A DNA stretch of 64,000 nucleotides from Candidatus Pacearchaeota archaeon (GCA_023136775.1 JAGLQO010000005.1:8198-72197); one strand, 5' to 3'; numbered from the stretch's first letter, positions 19,619 to 29,297 are shown. Translations and numbers: made by a program. The notes: generated by a model from the sequence alone, not told the origin.

Positions 19619-19963
19619 ATGGCAAAAGAAAAAATAACAAAGAAAATAGAAGTAGAATGTAAGGATAGACTTTGTCCTATTCACGGAGATAAAAAGCTTA
19701 AGATGAGAGGTAGAACTTTCGAAGGAGTTGTTGTCAAGAAATTACACGGAAGAACTACAATTGAATTTGAAAGAATGCTTAAATTACCTAAATACGAAAG
19801 ATACGAAAAGAGAAAAACAAAGATTCACGCTAGGGTGCCAGAATGCATGAAGAATGATTTTGCAGTTGGAGATTTAATTCAAGTTGCAGAAACTAGACCA
19901 ATCAGTAAAATGATCCACTGTGTTGTAAGTAAAGTTATTAAAGTTAAGGAGAAAAAAGCATGA
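19619..19963 (+). CDS. rps17: 30S ribosomal protein S17
   Basis: CPIHG, KYERYEKR, ETRPISK. Confidence 0.96.
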   Translation: MAKEKITKKIEVECKDRLCPIHGDKKLKMRGRTFEGVVVKKLHGRTTIEFERMLKLPKYERYEKRKTKIHARVPECMKNDFAVGDLIQVAETRPISKMIHCVVSKVIKVKEKKA

Positions 19964-20361
19964 AAGCAGTAAGTAGTAGACCAACAAAATCTTTGAACAT
20001 AGGAAGTTTAGTAGAAGCTTGTGATAACTCTGGAGCTAGAATTTGTAGAATTGTTGGAGTTAAACTTTGTAAAACAAGTAAAGGACGAATGGTTTATGCA
20101 AAAATTGGAGACCAAGTTAAAGTTACTGTTAGGAAAGGAGATCCTAAAATGAAAGGAGAACTTTTCGATGCTGTTTTGGTAAGACAAAGAAAACCTTGGA
20201 AAAGAATAACTGGAGAAAGAATTTGTTTCTCTGATAATGCAGTAGCTCTTTTGAAAGATGAAAAAGGTAATCCTAAGGGAACTCAAATTAAAGGAGCAGT
20301 AGCTCGAGAAGTACAGGAAAGATGGAAGGAGGTTGCGAGAATCGCAAGTACAGTATATTAA
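19960..20361 (+). CDS. rpl14: 50S ribosomal protein L14
   Basis: DNSGA, F.DNA, PKGTQIKGAVAREV. Confidence 0.97.
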   Translation: MKAVSSRPTKSLNIGSLVEACDNSGARICRIVGVKLCKTSKGRMVYAKIGDQVKVTVRKGDPKMKGELFDAVLVRQRKPWKRITGERICFSDNAVALLKDEKGNPKGTQIKGAVAREVQERWKEVARIASTVY

Positions 20362-20362
20362 G

Positions 20363-20869
20363 ATGAAAGCAAAATTTAACAAATCATGGAATTCAAGTAA
20401 GCAACCAAGGAAGCAGGTTAAATTCAGGGCCAATGCCCCGAATCATATTAAGAGAACATTAATGGGTTCAACTTTAGATAAGAAGCTTCGAGAGAAATAT
20501 GGAAGAAGGTCAATCGAAGTTAAGAAAGGCGACGAAGTAAAGATTATGAGAGGAAAGTTTAAAGGTAAACAAGGTAAAGTTGGAAGTGTTGATATTAAGA
20601 ATACTAGACTAACTGTCGACGGAGTTCAAAGAACTAAGAAGGGCGGAGAAAAATTAATAACATGGTTTAACCCATCAAAAGTTAAAATTATTGTTTTAGA
20701 TGAAAAAGATTCTAAGCGATTAAATAAGTCTAAAAGGACAGAGAAGAAAGAAGTAAAGGAAGAAAAGACTGAAGCAAAAAAAGCTCCAGCAAAGGAAATT
20801 AAAAAAACAGCACCAAGCGGCGTACCTTCTGCGAAAGGCAAAGAAATAAAAAAGGAAACTAAAAAATAA
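20363..20869 (+). CDS. rpl24: 50S ribosomal protein L24 with charged C-terminal tail
   Basis: SKQPRKQ; KOW motif KGDEVKIMRGKFKG. Confidence 0.96.
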   Translation: MKAKFNKSWNSSKQPRKQVKFRANAPNHIKRTLMGSTLDKKLREKYGRRSIEVKKGDEVKIMRGKFKGKQGKVGSVDIKNTRLTVDGVQRTKKGGEKLITWFNPSKVKIIVLDEKDSKRLNKSKRTEKKEVKEEKTEAKKAPAKEIKKTAPSGVPSAKGKEIKKETKK

Positions 20870-20870
20870 A

Positions 20871-21530
20871 ATGGCACATATTAAGAAAACAAAAATGGCA
20901 AAAACTTGGCCAGTACCAAGAAAAGGAAAGGGTAAAAGATTCGTGGCAGTACCAAGTCACGCTGCAGGAAAAGGAATCTCAATTTTATTCTTACTTAGAG
21001 ATGTACTAAAGATTGCTGATACAAGAAAGGAAGTAAGATACATGACACTGAATGGAATGGTTAAAGTAAACAATTCAACGAGAAAAGACGAAAATTTTCC
21101 AGTTCAAGTTTTTGATACTTTAAGTCTAGAAAAGGCAAAACTTAACTATAGATTGGAAATTGTAAGTAAGAAATTTAACTTAGTAGAAATTACAGCAAAA
21201 GAAGCAGAAACTAAGATTGTTAAAATTGCTGGAAAGAAAATTATTGGAGCAAAAAAAATTCAAATGAATTTGGATGATGGACAAAATCTTTTAACTACAG
21301 CAAAATTCTCAGTAGGAGATTCTATTTTGCTAAACACAAAAGAGTCTAAGATTGTAAAAGTTTTACCTCTAAAAGAAGGCGCTAAAGTAGAAGTCGTTCT
21401 CGGTAAACACGCTGGTGAGAAAGGAGAATTAATCGGATTCGAAGAATTAGTTCGAGGAAGAAACTATCAAATTAAATTAGAAGATAAGACTGTAAGTTTA
21501 CCTTACAAGACAATCTTAGTAATAGAATAA
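20871..21530 (+). CDS. rps4e: 30S ribosomal protein S4e
   Basis: WPVPRK, LRDVL, NLDDG.N, GKHAGEKG. Confidence 0.93.
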   Translation: MAHIKKTKMAKTWPVPRKGKGKRFVAVPSHAAGKGISILFLLRDVLKIADTRKEVRYMTLNGMVKVNNSTRKDENFPVQVFDTLSLEKAKLNYRLEIVSKKFNLVEITAKEAETKIVKIAGKKIIGAKKIQMNLDDGQNLLTTAKFSVGDSILLNTKESKIVKVLPLKEGAKVEVVLGKHAGEKGELIGFEELVRGRNYQIKLEDKTVSLPYKTILVIE

Positions 21531-21531
21531 A

Positions 21532-22092
21532 ATGGCAGCACCAAGCGACGTATCTTCTACGGAAAACAAAACAAAAATGGAAAATGTAATGAGAAAAATC
21601 AAATTAGAGAAAGTAATCTTAAACATTGGTGGAGTAGATGATAAGTTAGACAAAGGAGTTATTCTTTTAGAAACTATCTCTGGAAAGAAACCAGTTAAAG
21701 TTAAAGCAACAAAGAGAATCCCAACATGGAAAGTTAGACCAGGCATGGAAGTAGGATGTAAGGTTACATTAAGAGGAAGCGAAGCTTTAGGAATGGTTAA
21801 GAAATTACTTCCAGCAATCGATAATACTTTGAAAGAAAAACAAATTCAACCAAATTGTTTTTCATTTGGAATACATGAGTATATTGAAATTCCAGGTGTT
21901 GAATATATTAGAGAAGTTGGAATTATGGGATTCGAAGTAACAGTAGTGTTCTCTCGTCCAGGAAAATCTGTAGAAACGAAAAAGATTAAAAGGGGAAAAG
22001 CACGAAGAATAGTAGTTTCCCGAGAAGAAATTGAAAATTATCTTGTAACTAAATTTAACACAGAAATTCTGCGTAAGCAGAAAAAGAACTAA
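21532..22092 (+). CDS. rpl5: 50S ribosomal protein L5
   Basis: NVMRKIKLEKVILNIG, GCKVTLRG, FSFGI.EYI. The start may instead be ATG 21577. Confidence 0.96.
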   Translation: MAAPSDVSSTENKTKMENVMRKIKLEKVILNIGGVDDKLDKGVILLETISGKKPVKVKATKRIPTWKVRPGMEVGCKVTLRGSEALGMVKKLLPAIDNTLKEKQIQPNCFSFGIHEYIEIPGVEYIREVGIMGFEVTVVFSRPGKSVETKKIKRGKARRIVVSREEIENYLVTKFNTEILRKQKKN

Positions 22093-22093
22093 G

Positions 22094-22324
22094 ATGACAG
22101 CAAGTGACTGGAGAAAAATCACGCGTCAACTTCGTGGAAAACCTGCGATTTTGAAAAAGTTTTTGAAACACAACAGACCAAAAGCCAGAAAATTTGGAGT
22201 TGCAGCTCAAAAATGCGAAGTATGTGGAAGACACGGAAGTCACATATCATCTTACAATCTAAATTTATGCCGACACTGTTTCAGAGAGTTGGCAGTTGAA
22301 CTAGGTTTCAAGAAATACAGTTAG
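22094..22324 (+). CDS. rps14: 30S ribosomal protein S14
   Basis: CEVCG..LCRHCFRE..GFKKY. Confidence 0.96.
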   Translation: MTASDWRKITRQLRGKPAILKKFLKHNRPKARKFGVAAQKCEVCGRHGSHISSYNLNLCRHCFRELAVELGFKKYS

Positions 22325-22336
22325 GAGAAAAATAAT

Positions 22337-22714
22337 ATGAGTCAAGATATAGTAGCAGACGGATTAAACCAAATAATGAACGCAAAGCGTATTGGAAAGA
22401 CTAGCCTTACAATTAGGCGATATTCCAAAGTTTTGTTAAACTTATTTGAGATAATGAAGTCTAAAGGTCACATTGAATATGATGTCAATGAGGAAGAAAA
22501 GACAGTTACAGTAACAATTGTTAAAGTAAATGCTTGTAAAGCAGTTAAACCAAGATACCCTGTAAGTGTTGATACAATCGATAAATACCTTAGAAGATTT
22601 TTACCATCTAGAAATTTAGGTAGCTTAGTTGTTTCAACTAATTTAGGATTATTAGATCACAAGGAAGCAGTTAAGAATAATGTTGGAGGATGCGTAGTTG
22701 CATATTTCTATTAA
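22337..22714 (+). CDS. rps8: 30S ribosomal protein S8
   Basis: D..AD.L..I.NA, KPRY, VSTNLG..H.EA...VGG. Confidence 0.96.
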   Translation: MSQDIVADGLNQIMNAKRIGKTSLTIRRYSKVLLNLFEIMKSKGHIEYDVNEEEKTVTVTIVKVNACKAVKPRYPVSVDTIDKYLRRFLPSRNLGSLVVSTNLGLLDHKEAVKNNVGGCVVAYFY

Positions 22715-22715
22715 A

Positions 22716-23258
22716 ATGAACAAAGATTTAGAAAGAACAGTAGAAATTCCTTCAGGAATTGAAATATCAGTTAACGGTAAAGAATTTAAAGTTAAGGGCG
22801 CAGGAAAAGAATTTGTTAGAACATTCGATACTGGTAAAATTAAAACAGAAGTTAAAGGAGATGTTTTGACATTAACAGCTATTGGCGCAACAAAGCGAGA
22901 AGCTAAGATGATGGGAACTGTTTGGGCACATTTAAAGAATATGATTAAAGGAACTTCTGAAGAATTTGTTTATGAGTTGGAAGTTTGCAATGTACATTTC
23001 CCAATGAATGTAAAAAAAGTTGGAAATGAAGTTGTTATCAAATCTTTCCTTGGAGAAACTACTATTAGAAAATCTAGAATAATGCCTGAGACAGATGTAA
23101 ATATTTCTGGAAGTAAAATTACTGTTAAATCTAATAACATTGAATATGCAGGACAAACAGCGGCTAACTTAGAAAAAGCAACTAGATTAACTGGACGAGA
23201 CCGAAGAATCTTCCAAGATGGAATCTTTATTACAAGTAAATGTGGGAGAGCTATCTAA
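22716..23258 (+). CDS. rpl6: 50S ribosomal protein L6
   Basis: HFPM, FLGE, GQTAANLE, DRRIFQDGIFI. Confidence 0.97.
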   Translation: MNKDLERTVEIPSGIEISVNGKEFKVKGAGKEFVRTFDTGKIKTEVKGDVLTLTAIGATKREAKMMGTVWAHLKNMIKGTSEEFVYELEVCNVHFPMNVKKVGNEVVIKSFLGETTIRKSRIMPETDVNISGSKITVKSNNIEYAGQTAANLEKATRLTGRDRRIFQDGIFITSKCGRAI

Positions 23259-23695
23259 TGGCAGAAGTAAAGACAGTTACCTCGCACAAAGGCGTACCCT
23301 CTAAAAAGGGAGCTAGCGCTCCAGCTTCATCGGTCAAGAGAAGTAAGCCAAAATTTTTGAGAACAGATTGGCATAAAAAGATTCGTCTAGGGAAAGGCGT
23401 TAAAAAGAATCAGAAATGGCACGGAGCTAAAGGTAGACAAAATAAATTAAGATTAAATCGAAAGGGAAGAATGCAAAGACCAAAGGTTGGTTGGGGAGCA
23501 GATAATTCCGAAAAAGGATTCATTGCTGGAGTAGATTTTGTTAGAGTAGAAAATGTTAAGGATATTGAAGCTGTAAAGAAAGGACAAGGAATTTTAATAG
23601 CTAATGTAGGAAAGAAAAAAAGAGCAGAAATTATTGCTAAAGCAGAAGAAAAGAAAATTACAATTGTAAATAAATATTTGGAAAATAAAAAATGA
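23258..23695 (+). CDS. rpl32e: 50S ribosomal protein L32e
   Basis: KPKFLR, W..AKG...K.R, PKVGWG; start moved to ATG 23258. Confidence 0.93.
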   Translation: MAEVKTVTSHKGVPSKKGASAPASSVKRSKPKFLRTDWHKKIRLGKGVKKNQKWHGAKGRQNKLRLNRKGRMQRPKVGWGADNSEKGFIAGVDFVRVENVKDIEAVKKGQGILIANVGKKKRAEIIAKAEEKKITIVNKYLENKK

Positions 23696-24096
23696 ATTTA
23701 AGCCGGAAAAAAGAATTGGCATCTAAAGTTTTAGGCGTAGGAAAGAAAAGAATTTTATTCGTTGAAGAAAACTTGTCAGAAATTAAAGAAGCAATTACGA
23801 GAATGGATATTCAAGACCTTCATAAGAGTGGAGCTATTAAGATTAGAGAAGTAGCAGGCCGAAAGAAAATAGTTAGAAGAAAAAACAGAAGAAGAACTGG
23901 AAAGATTAAGTGTAGAGTTAATAACAGGAAAGCTGAATATGTGATAATTACAAGAAAACTTCGAGCATTTACTCGTGGAATGGTTCGAACAGGAAAGATT
24001 GGTAAAGAGCAAAACAGAGAAATTCGAAAACAAATTCGGTCTCGAAAATTCAGAAGCAAAAGACAGTTAAAGGAACATTTGGAGAATAAACTATGA
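23692..24096 (+). CDS. rpl19e: 50S ribosomal protein L19e
   Basis: LASKVLGVGKKRI, AITR.DI, R.LR. Confidence 0.93.
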   Translation: MNLSRKKELASKVLGVGKKRILFVEENLSEIKEAITRMDIQDLHKSGAIKIREVAGRKKIVRRKNRRRTGKIKCRVNNRKAEYVIITRKLRAFTRGMVRTGKIGKEQNREIRKQIRSRKFRSKRQLKEHLENKL

Positions 24097-24581
24097 AAGG
24101 ATTAAGAACATTAAAGAGAAGAAGAAGAGAAAATAAAACAGATTACAAGGCTAGGAGAATCTTGTTAACTTCTGGTATTCCAAGAATAGTAGTTAGAAAG
24201 ACAAATAAGTATTTTATTATTCAAGCGGTAGAAAGCACAGGGGCTCAAGACAAAGTTATTGCGACAATTACTTCAAAGGATCTTTTGAAGAATGGATGGG
24301 ATGCAAATGCCAAAGGAAGTTTGAAGTCTGTTCCAGCAGGATATCTATCAGGAATATTAATGGCAAAGAAATTAGGTTCAGGAAAATTCATTATGGATTT
24401 AGGAATGCTTAGAACTTTTAGGGGCGGAAGAGTATTTGCAGTCGTTAAGGGACTAATTGATGGCGGATTAGACATTGCAGCAAATGAAGTTGTTTTTCCG
24501 AGTGAAGAGAGAATTTCTGGAGAGCATTTAGCTGAAGACGTAAAAATCATGATTAAAAAAGTAAAGGAGAAATTAATATAA
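24093..24581 (+). CDS. rpl18: 50S ribosomal protein L18
   Basis: RRRRENKTDY..R, RIVVRKTN, RISGEH. Confidence 0.96.
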   Translation: MKGLRTLKRRRRENKTDYKARRILLTSGIPRIVVRKTNKYFIIQAVESTGAQDKVIATITSKDLLKNGWDANAKGSLKSVPAGYLSGILMAKKLGSGKFIMDLGMLRTFRGGRVFAVVKGLIDGGLDIAANEVVFPSEERISGEHLAEDVKIMIKKVKEKLI

Positions 24582-24582
24582 A

Positions 24583-25461
24583 ATGGTAATTGAAGAAAAA
24601 ACAAGTGTTGAAAAAGAAGAAAAAATTGAAACTATGAAAAACGAAGCAGAGGTAGCAAAAGAACAATTGCAAGAAATGGAAGCAATAGTAGAGGCTAAAG
24701 AAGAAAAAGCTGACGCTGAAGTTTCTAAAAAAGCTGCTGAAGATTTTAAAAAAACCGAAGGAAGAACTCCTTATGTTAGAGAATCTAGAGAAGTTAGATT
24801 TGCTAGAGAAGCTAAAGAAAAATTAGATGCCTGGATTCCAAAAACAGAACTTGGAAGAGCAGTTAGAGCTGGCAAGTATAATAATATCGATGAAGTTTTG
24901 GCTGAAGGTAGAAAAATTATGGAGCCACAAGTTGTTGATTTACTTATTCCGAGTTTAACTACTGATACATTATTTATTGGACAATCTAAAGGAAAGTTCG
25001 GTGGCGGAAAAAGACGAGCATTTAGACAAACTCAAAAAGCAACTAGAGAAGGTTCAGTTATGACTTTCGGAGTAATGGCTGTTGTGGGCGACGGAGTCGG
25101 ACATGTAGGAATTGGTTATGGTAAAGCTGCAGAAACTCTTCCGGCAAAAGAAAAAGCAATTAGAAAAGCAAAGTTAGCAATATTCAAAGTAAGAAGAGGA
25201 TGCGCTTCATTTGATTGTTCATGTGATGAAGAACACTCAATCCCTGTAACTACTCAAGGTAAATGTTCTTCAGTAGTTGTTAAATTAATTCCAGCACCAC
25301 AAGGAACTGGATTAGTGGTTAATGATGAATTGAAGAAAATTTTGAGAGCTGTTGGTATCAAGGATGTTTATTCTAAATGTTCTGGAAAATTACAAACAAC
25401 ATTTAATACAGGTAAAGCTTGCATCCAAGCACTAGAAAAGATCGGGGAGGTACAACTATGA
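24583..25461 (+). CDS. rps5: 30S ribosomal protein S5 with acidic N-terminal extension
   Basis: WIPKTELG, AVVGD..GHVGIG, LIPAPQGTGLV. Confidence 0.97.
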   Translation: MVIEEKTSVEKEEKIETMKNEAEVAKEQLQEMEAIVEAKEEKADAEVSKKAAEDFKKTEGRTPYVRESREVRFAREAKEKLDAWIPKTELGRAVRAGKYNNIDEVLAEGRKIMEPQVVDLLIPSLTTDTLFIGQSKGKFGGGKRRAFRQTQKATREGSVMTFGVMAVVGDGVGHVGIGYGKAAETLPAKEKAIRKAKLAIFKVRRGCASFDCSCDEEHSIPVTTQGKCSSVVVKLIPAPQGTGLVVNDELKKILRAVGIKDVYSKCSGKLQTTFNTGKACIQALEKIGEVQL

Positions 25462-25799
25462 TATTTGTAATAAGAATCGCTGGTCAAGTTAAGAATAAGA
25501 TTAAGGATAATGAAACAATGAAGAGACTTAAACTTAATAGAAAATTCACAGCGAGATTAATAGAAGAAGACGACGCTGTTGTTATGGGAATGGTTAAAGC
25601 CGTTGCTCATAAAGTAGCATTCGGGACTGTAACTGATGATTTTGTAAAGAAATTGAATAAAGCTAGAGAAGCTAAAGAAGGAATTTATTTCATGCATCCA
25701 CCAAGAGGCGGATTCAAGAAAAGTTCTAAAGTAGCAGCACCTAAAGGAATTTTAGGGAAGCACGAAGACATCACTAAATTAGCGGAGAGGATGTTTTAA
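25458..25799 (+). CDS. rpl30: 50S ribosomal protein L30
   Basis: VIRIAG, GMV..V, HPPRGG; start moved to ATG 25458. Confidence 0.93.
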   Translation: MIFVIRIAGQVKNKIKDNETMKRLKLNRKFTARLIEEDDAVVMGMVKAVAHKVAFGTVTDDFVKKLNKAREAKEGIYFMHPPRGGFKKSSKVAAPKGILGKHEDITKLAERMF

Positions 25800-26287
25800 T
25801 GGTAAAAATTCACAAAAGAACAAAGAACTCTAGAATTAGAGGAGCAAGAACTGTTGGCTGGGGATTTAGACAAAAACATAAAGGTCACGGTAACAAAGGT
25901 GGTTTTGGTAAAGCCGGAACTGGTAAGAGAGCCGACCATAAGAAGCAAGTATTTTTAGAAGCTGATCCAAAGAAAAAATATTTCGGTAAACAAGGTGGAA
26001 CTTCAAGAGGAACTGCTTTGGCAAAATACGAAAAAATTAACTTATATGCTGTAAAAGATAATATGTATACAAAAGAAGGTTGTAAAATTGATTTGAGTAA
26101 ACATAAAATTTTAGGACACGGTGACGGATTCAAAGCAGAAATCACAGCTTTATTCGCAACTGCCTCAGCAATCGAAAAAATGGAAGCCGCAGGCGGAAAA
26201 ATTATTCTACCAGCCGCAAAAGACGACGTAAAACAATATGTTGTTAAAGAAAAAGCAGTTGAAGAGAAATCTGAAGACAAAGAATAA
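25799..26287 (+). CDS. rpl15: 50S ribosomal protein L15
   Basis: RGARTVGWG..H.G.G.KGG.G.AG, KILG.G, AIEKMEAAGG. Confidence 0.96.
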   Translation: MVKIHKRTKNSRIRGARTVGWGFRQKHKGHGNKGGFGKAGTGKRADHKKQVFLEADPKKKYFGKQGGTSRGTALAKYEKINLYAVKDNMYTKEGCKIDLSKHKILGHGDGFKAEITALFATASAIEKMEAAGGKIILPAAKDDVKQYVVKEKAVEEKSEDKE

Positions 26288-26366
26288 TTTTTATTTTTTT
26301 ATTGAATAATTTTTGAGAAGTTTTATAAATGATTAAGCACTTGCTAATTTAAGAGATTAAAGTATT

Positions 26367-26600
26367 ATGGAAGACATTATTATTACATTTGACGACGCAT
26401 CCAGAGACAAGACGATGGAGATGTTGGGATTAAAAAAAGACAAAGAGGGCATTCAAGATTCCGAAGGGATGACTGTCACGGATCAAGATTTTGAAGAGAT
26501 GGAATTAAAAAATTTTGGAGGGGCGCTTATTGGCTCTAAAGTTTTTATCAATAAAGATTCTAACGATTTGATAGATTATTTTTCATCTAAGCGAATTTAA
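26367..26600 (+). CDS. Hypothetical protein (77 aa)
   Basis: Clean ORF with TTTATAAA about 35 nt upstream; no recognised motif. Confidence 0.6.
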   Translation: MEDIIITFDDASRDKTMEMLGLKKDKEGIQDSEGMTVTDQDFEEMELKNFGGALIGSKVFINKDSNDLIDYFSSKRI

Positions 26601-26606
26601 TCGTAC

Positions 26607-27416
26607 ATGACGCTTCTTGATATACTTGGTAAACTTCCAAATTTTAATATTAATATAGGAAACAAAACTATAACAAATAATACATTACACCTTAATTCTG
26701 ATGGTAATTTTTCTGTGGATGGGAAACCGTTATCTCCCGAGATAAGCGAAGAGATAACCAAAGAAATAAGTGCACAACAAAAATCTCCATCATATCCGTG
26801 TCAAGTTATACATAAGGACTTGAAAAAGGATTATGATGCATATGAGGAAATATCTTCAAATAACAAATGTTCTTTTAGGACCTTAAAAGATATATTGCCT
26901 GACAATAAATTTAAAATGATTTTAATGGCGAAAAGAGTTTCATTGGAAATAGAAGACCCTTCCAGTAGTGGAAAGGAGATTAGTCAACTTATGTTTAAAT
27001 TAGATAGAAGATATCCAAAAGATGGTAAGAAGGTATTAAATTTAATTACTGCAAAATATTTTGATAATCTAGTTCTACCTATGATAGATATGATAAAGGA
27101 AGACTATCCACTTAAGTATAGGAAAAAATTTGAAGAATTTTTTGATTCAATCTTGAAATTCTTTCCAGTAGCTGTTTTTGTTAGCGACATTACAAGCCAA
27201 GAAGATATAATTCGTGAAACCAAAAAAAGAATGAGACTAAGTGTTCCATTTATAAGAATCCACACAATTGGAGAGTCTAATATTAGAAAAGTAGACATAG
27301 CTACTAGTGGAATAGATTTTGAAGAACTAGGGTTTTATGTTGATAACAATAAACATACTACTGCAAAGGGTTCTAGATTTCAAGAATTTACAATAAGGCC
27401 AGCAAAAGAAAGTTAG
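26607..27416 (+). CDS. Hypothetical protein (269 aa)
   Basis: Long ORF 6 nt after the previous one; no recognised motif. Confidence 0.65.
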   Translation: MTLLDILGKLPNFNINIGNKTITNNTLHLNSDGNFSVDGKPLSPEISEEITKEISAQQKSPSYPCQVIHKDLKKDYDAYEEISSNNKCSFRTLKDILPDNKFKMILMAKRVSLEIEDPSSSGKEISQLMFKLDRRYPKDGKKVLNLITAKYFDNLVLPMIDMIKEDYPLKYRKKFEEFFDSILKFFPVAVFVSDITSQEDIIRETKKRMRLSVPFIRIHTIGESNIRKVDIATSGIDFEELGFYVDNNKHTTAKGSRFQEFTIRPAKES

Positions 27417-27449
27417 GTCACAAAGAGATTCTAGTATCAGTAGCCAATC

Positions 27450-27587
27450 CTCAATATATCAAACCATCTGCGACAAAGTCGGTAAGTGGTTTGGTATCTG
27501 AAATCCTGTGCGGATTTCTTCCCAACGATTTTTCGCCGCTTCGCAAAGTGGTGTACTGGGTGAGTATGAACCAGAAAAAAAGCCAAC
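27450..27587 (+). repeat. Family-A core (right half)
   Basis: ATCAAACCATCTGCGACAAAGTCGGTAAGTGGTTTGG..CCAGAAAAAAAGCCAAC. Confidence 0.88.
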
Positions 27588-27625
27588 AATATATTTATAA
27601 AACAAATTTAGCTACTCTTCTTAGA

Positions 27626-28993
27626 ATGGGATTAAGAAATTTATTGCATAATTTGCCAGAAGTTAAGGCTCCAGCAGAAAAGAAAGTTAGCTTTAATGTT
27701 AAACTTAAATGGACTTTAGTTATCTTAGTCGGATTTTTTATCCTTTCAAATATTCCTTTATTCGGAATTACAGAAGGCAGTCTTTCCAGATTCGAATATT
27801 TAGCAATTCTTTTGGGTACATCTTTTGGTTCGATTATCTCGCTTGGTATTGGTCCAATAGTTATGTCGTCTATTATTTTACAGTTACTCAGTGGAGCTCA
27901 AATTATCCATATTGACCAATCAACCGACGAAGGAAAGAAATTTTATCAAGGTATGCAAAAATTATTAGCATTCGCATTCGTAATTTTCGAAGCAATGGTT
28001 TATGTTTTAATGAAAGGAATAGCCCCCGAGCCAGGATTTACAGGATTAGTTATTTTGCAATTATGTATTGGTGGTTTCTTAATTATATTTATGGATGAAG
28101 TTATACAAAAATGGGGATTCGGGAGCGGTGTTTCTCTGTTCATCGCTGGTGGAATCGGTTGGAGACTTTTTGCACAACTCTTCCAATTCATCGGACCAAC
28201 AGGCGGATTCGAAGCAACAGGTAAAATATTAGCTATAGTAGCTTCGGTAATCTCTGGAGACGGAACAGGAGTAATGAGAGCATTTTTTCCAATAGCGGTT
28301 ACAGCAGGTTTATTTTTAGCTGTAGTATTTGCCCAAAGCCTGAAAGTTGAAATTCCTTTAGCATTCGACAGAGTAAGAGGACATTCGACCAAGTGGCCAT
28401 TGCAGTTCTTCTATGCTGGTGTAATCCCAGTTATTTTAGTTTCAGCCCTAGCTGCAAATGTTCAATTATTAGCATCTTTATTACAAAACTGGGTTGGACA
28501 TCCAACTTTCCTCGGAGGATTCTCAAGTAGCGGACAAGCAATTTCTGGTTTCTCATTTTGGATTACTTCAGTACCAATTTTAGAAACAATTGTCACAGGA
28601 AGTTTTAGATGGGTATACGCAGCACAAGCCTTTTTCCATGTATTATTTTACACGGTATTATCAGTTCTATTTGCATTCTTCTGGGTCGGAACTTCTGGAC
28701 AAGACGCTAGAAGTCAAGCAAAGAGAATTGTAAGTTCAGGAATGAGTATGCCAGGATTTAGAAAAGACGAAAGAGTATTAGAATCAATCCTAAAAAGATA
28801 CGTAGGACCTCTAACAATTATGGGTGGAGCAGCAATTGGAATTTTAGCCTCTGTCGCAAATTTACTTGGAGCATTAGTTGGTGGAACAGCAATCTTATTA
28901 GTAATCATGATTCTATACCAGCTATACCAAAACATCGCCCAACAACACGCAGTAGACATGAATCCAGCATTGAAGGGATTCTTTGGCGCATAA
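27626..28993 (+). CDS. secY: Preprotein translocase SecY
   Basis: LPEV..P, KLKWT, LGIGPIV, KWGFGSGVSLFIA, PGFR; start moved to ATG 27626 after a TATA box at about 27594. Confidence 0.98.
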   Translation: MGLRNLLHNLPEVKAPAEKKVSFNVKLKWTLVILVGFFILSNIPLFGITEGSLSRFEYLAILLGTSFGSIISLGIGPIVMSSIILQLLSGAQIIHIDQSTDEGKKFYQGMQKLLAFAFVIFEAMVYVLMKGIAPEPGFTGLVILQLCIGGFLIIFMDEVIQKWGFGSGVSLFIAGGIGWRLFAQLFQFIGPTGGFEATGKILAIVASVISGDGTGVMRAFFPIAVTAGLFLAVVFAQSLKVEIPLAFDRVRGHSTKWPLQFFYAGVIPVILVSALAANVQLLASLLQNWVGHPTFLGGFSSSGQAISGFSFWITSVPILETIVTGSFRWVYAAQAFFHVLFYTVLSVLFAFFWVGTSGQDARSQAKRIVSSGMSMPGFRKDERVLESILKRYVGPLTIMGGAAIGILASVANLLGALVGGTAILLVIMILYQLYQNIAQQHAVDMNPALKGFFGA

Positions 28994-29265
28994 TTATAAT
29001 TCTTGCTAGCGATTTCGTCGCAAAAAATTTCTCATGTGCGCTTGTACACTACTAAATTTTTTACTTAGAAATCGTGTCGCAATAATTATAATTTCTTATG
29101 GAAGAAAACTTTTCTAATCAAAAATAACATCCATTCCGAACAACGGGAATTTGAAACAAATTCCCTTTATATATCAGACCGTCTGCGACCTGTGCGGTAA
29201 GCGGTCTGGATTTAAAATCCTGTGTGGATTTCCCTGGCATTTTTTTCACCAGAAAAAAAGCCAAC
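28991..29265 (+). repeat. Family-A element: long palindrome plus core
   Basis: Imperfect inverted repeat 28991-29092, TTATGGAAGAA, then CATTCCGAACAACGGGAATTTG-AAA-CAAATTCCC..AGACCGTCTGCGAC..GGTAAGCGGTCT..GCCAAC. Confidence 0.88.
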
Positions 29266-29297
29266 ATCTTTATATAGGATAATTTACAATATTAAAT

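Noticed and set aside
27491..27625. 45-aa N-terminal extension of SecY in the ORF track
   Set aside because: It runs through a family-A repeat and the TATA box; ATG 27626 matches the normal SecY start.
14990..28959. Many antisense and alternate-frame ORFs over r-protein genes and secY
   Set aside because: Shadows of strongly biased coding sequence; no motifs.
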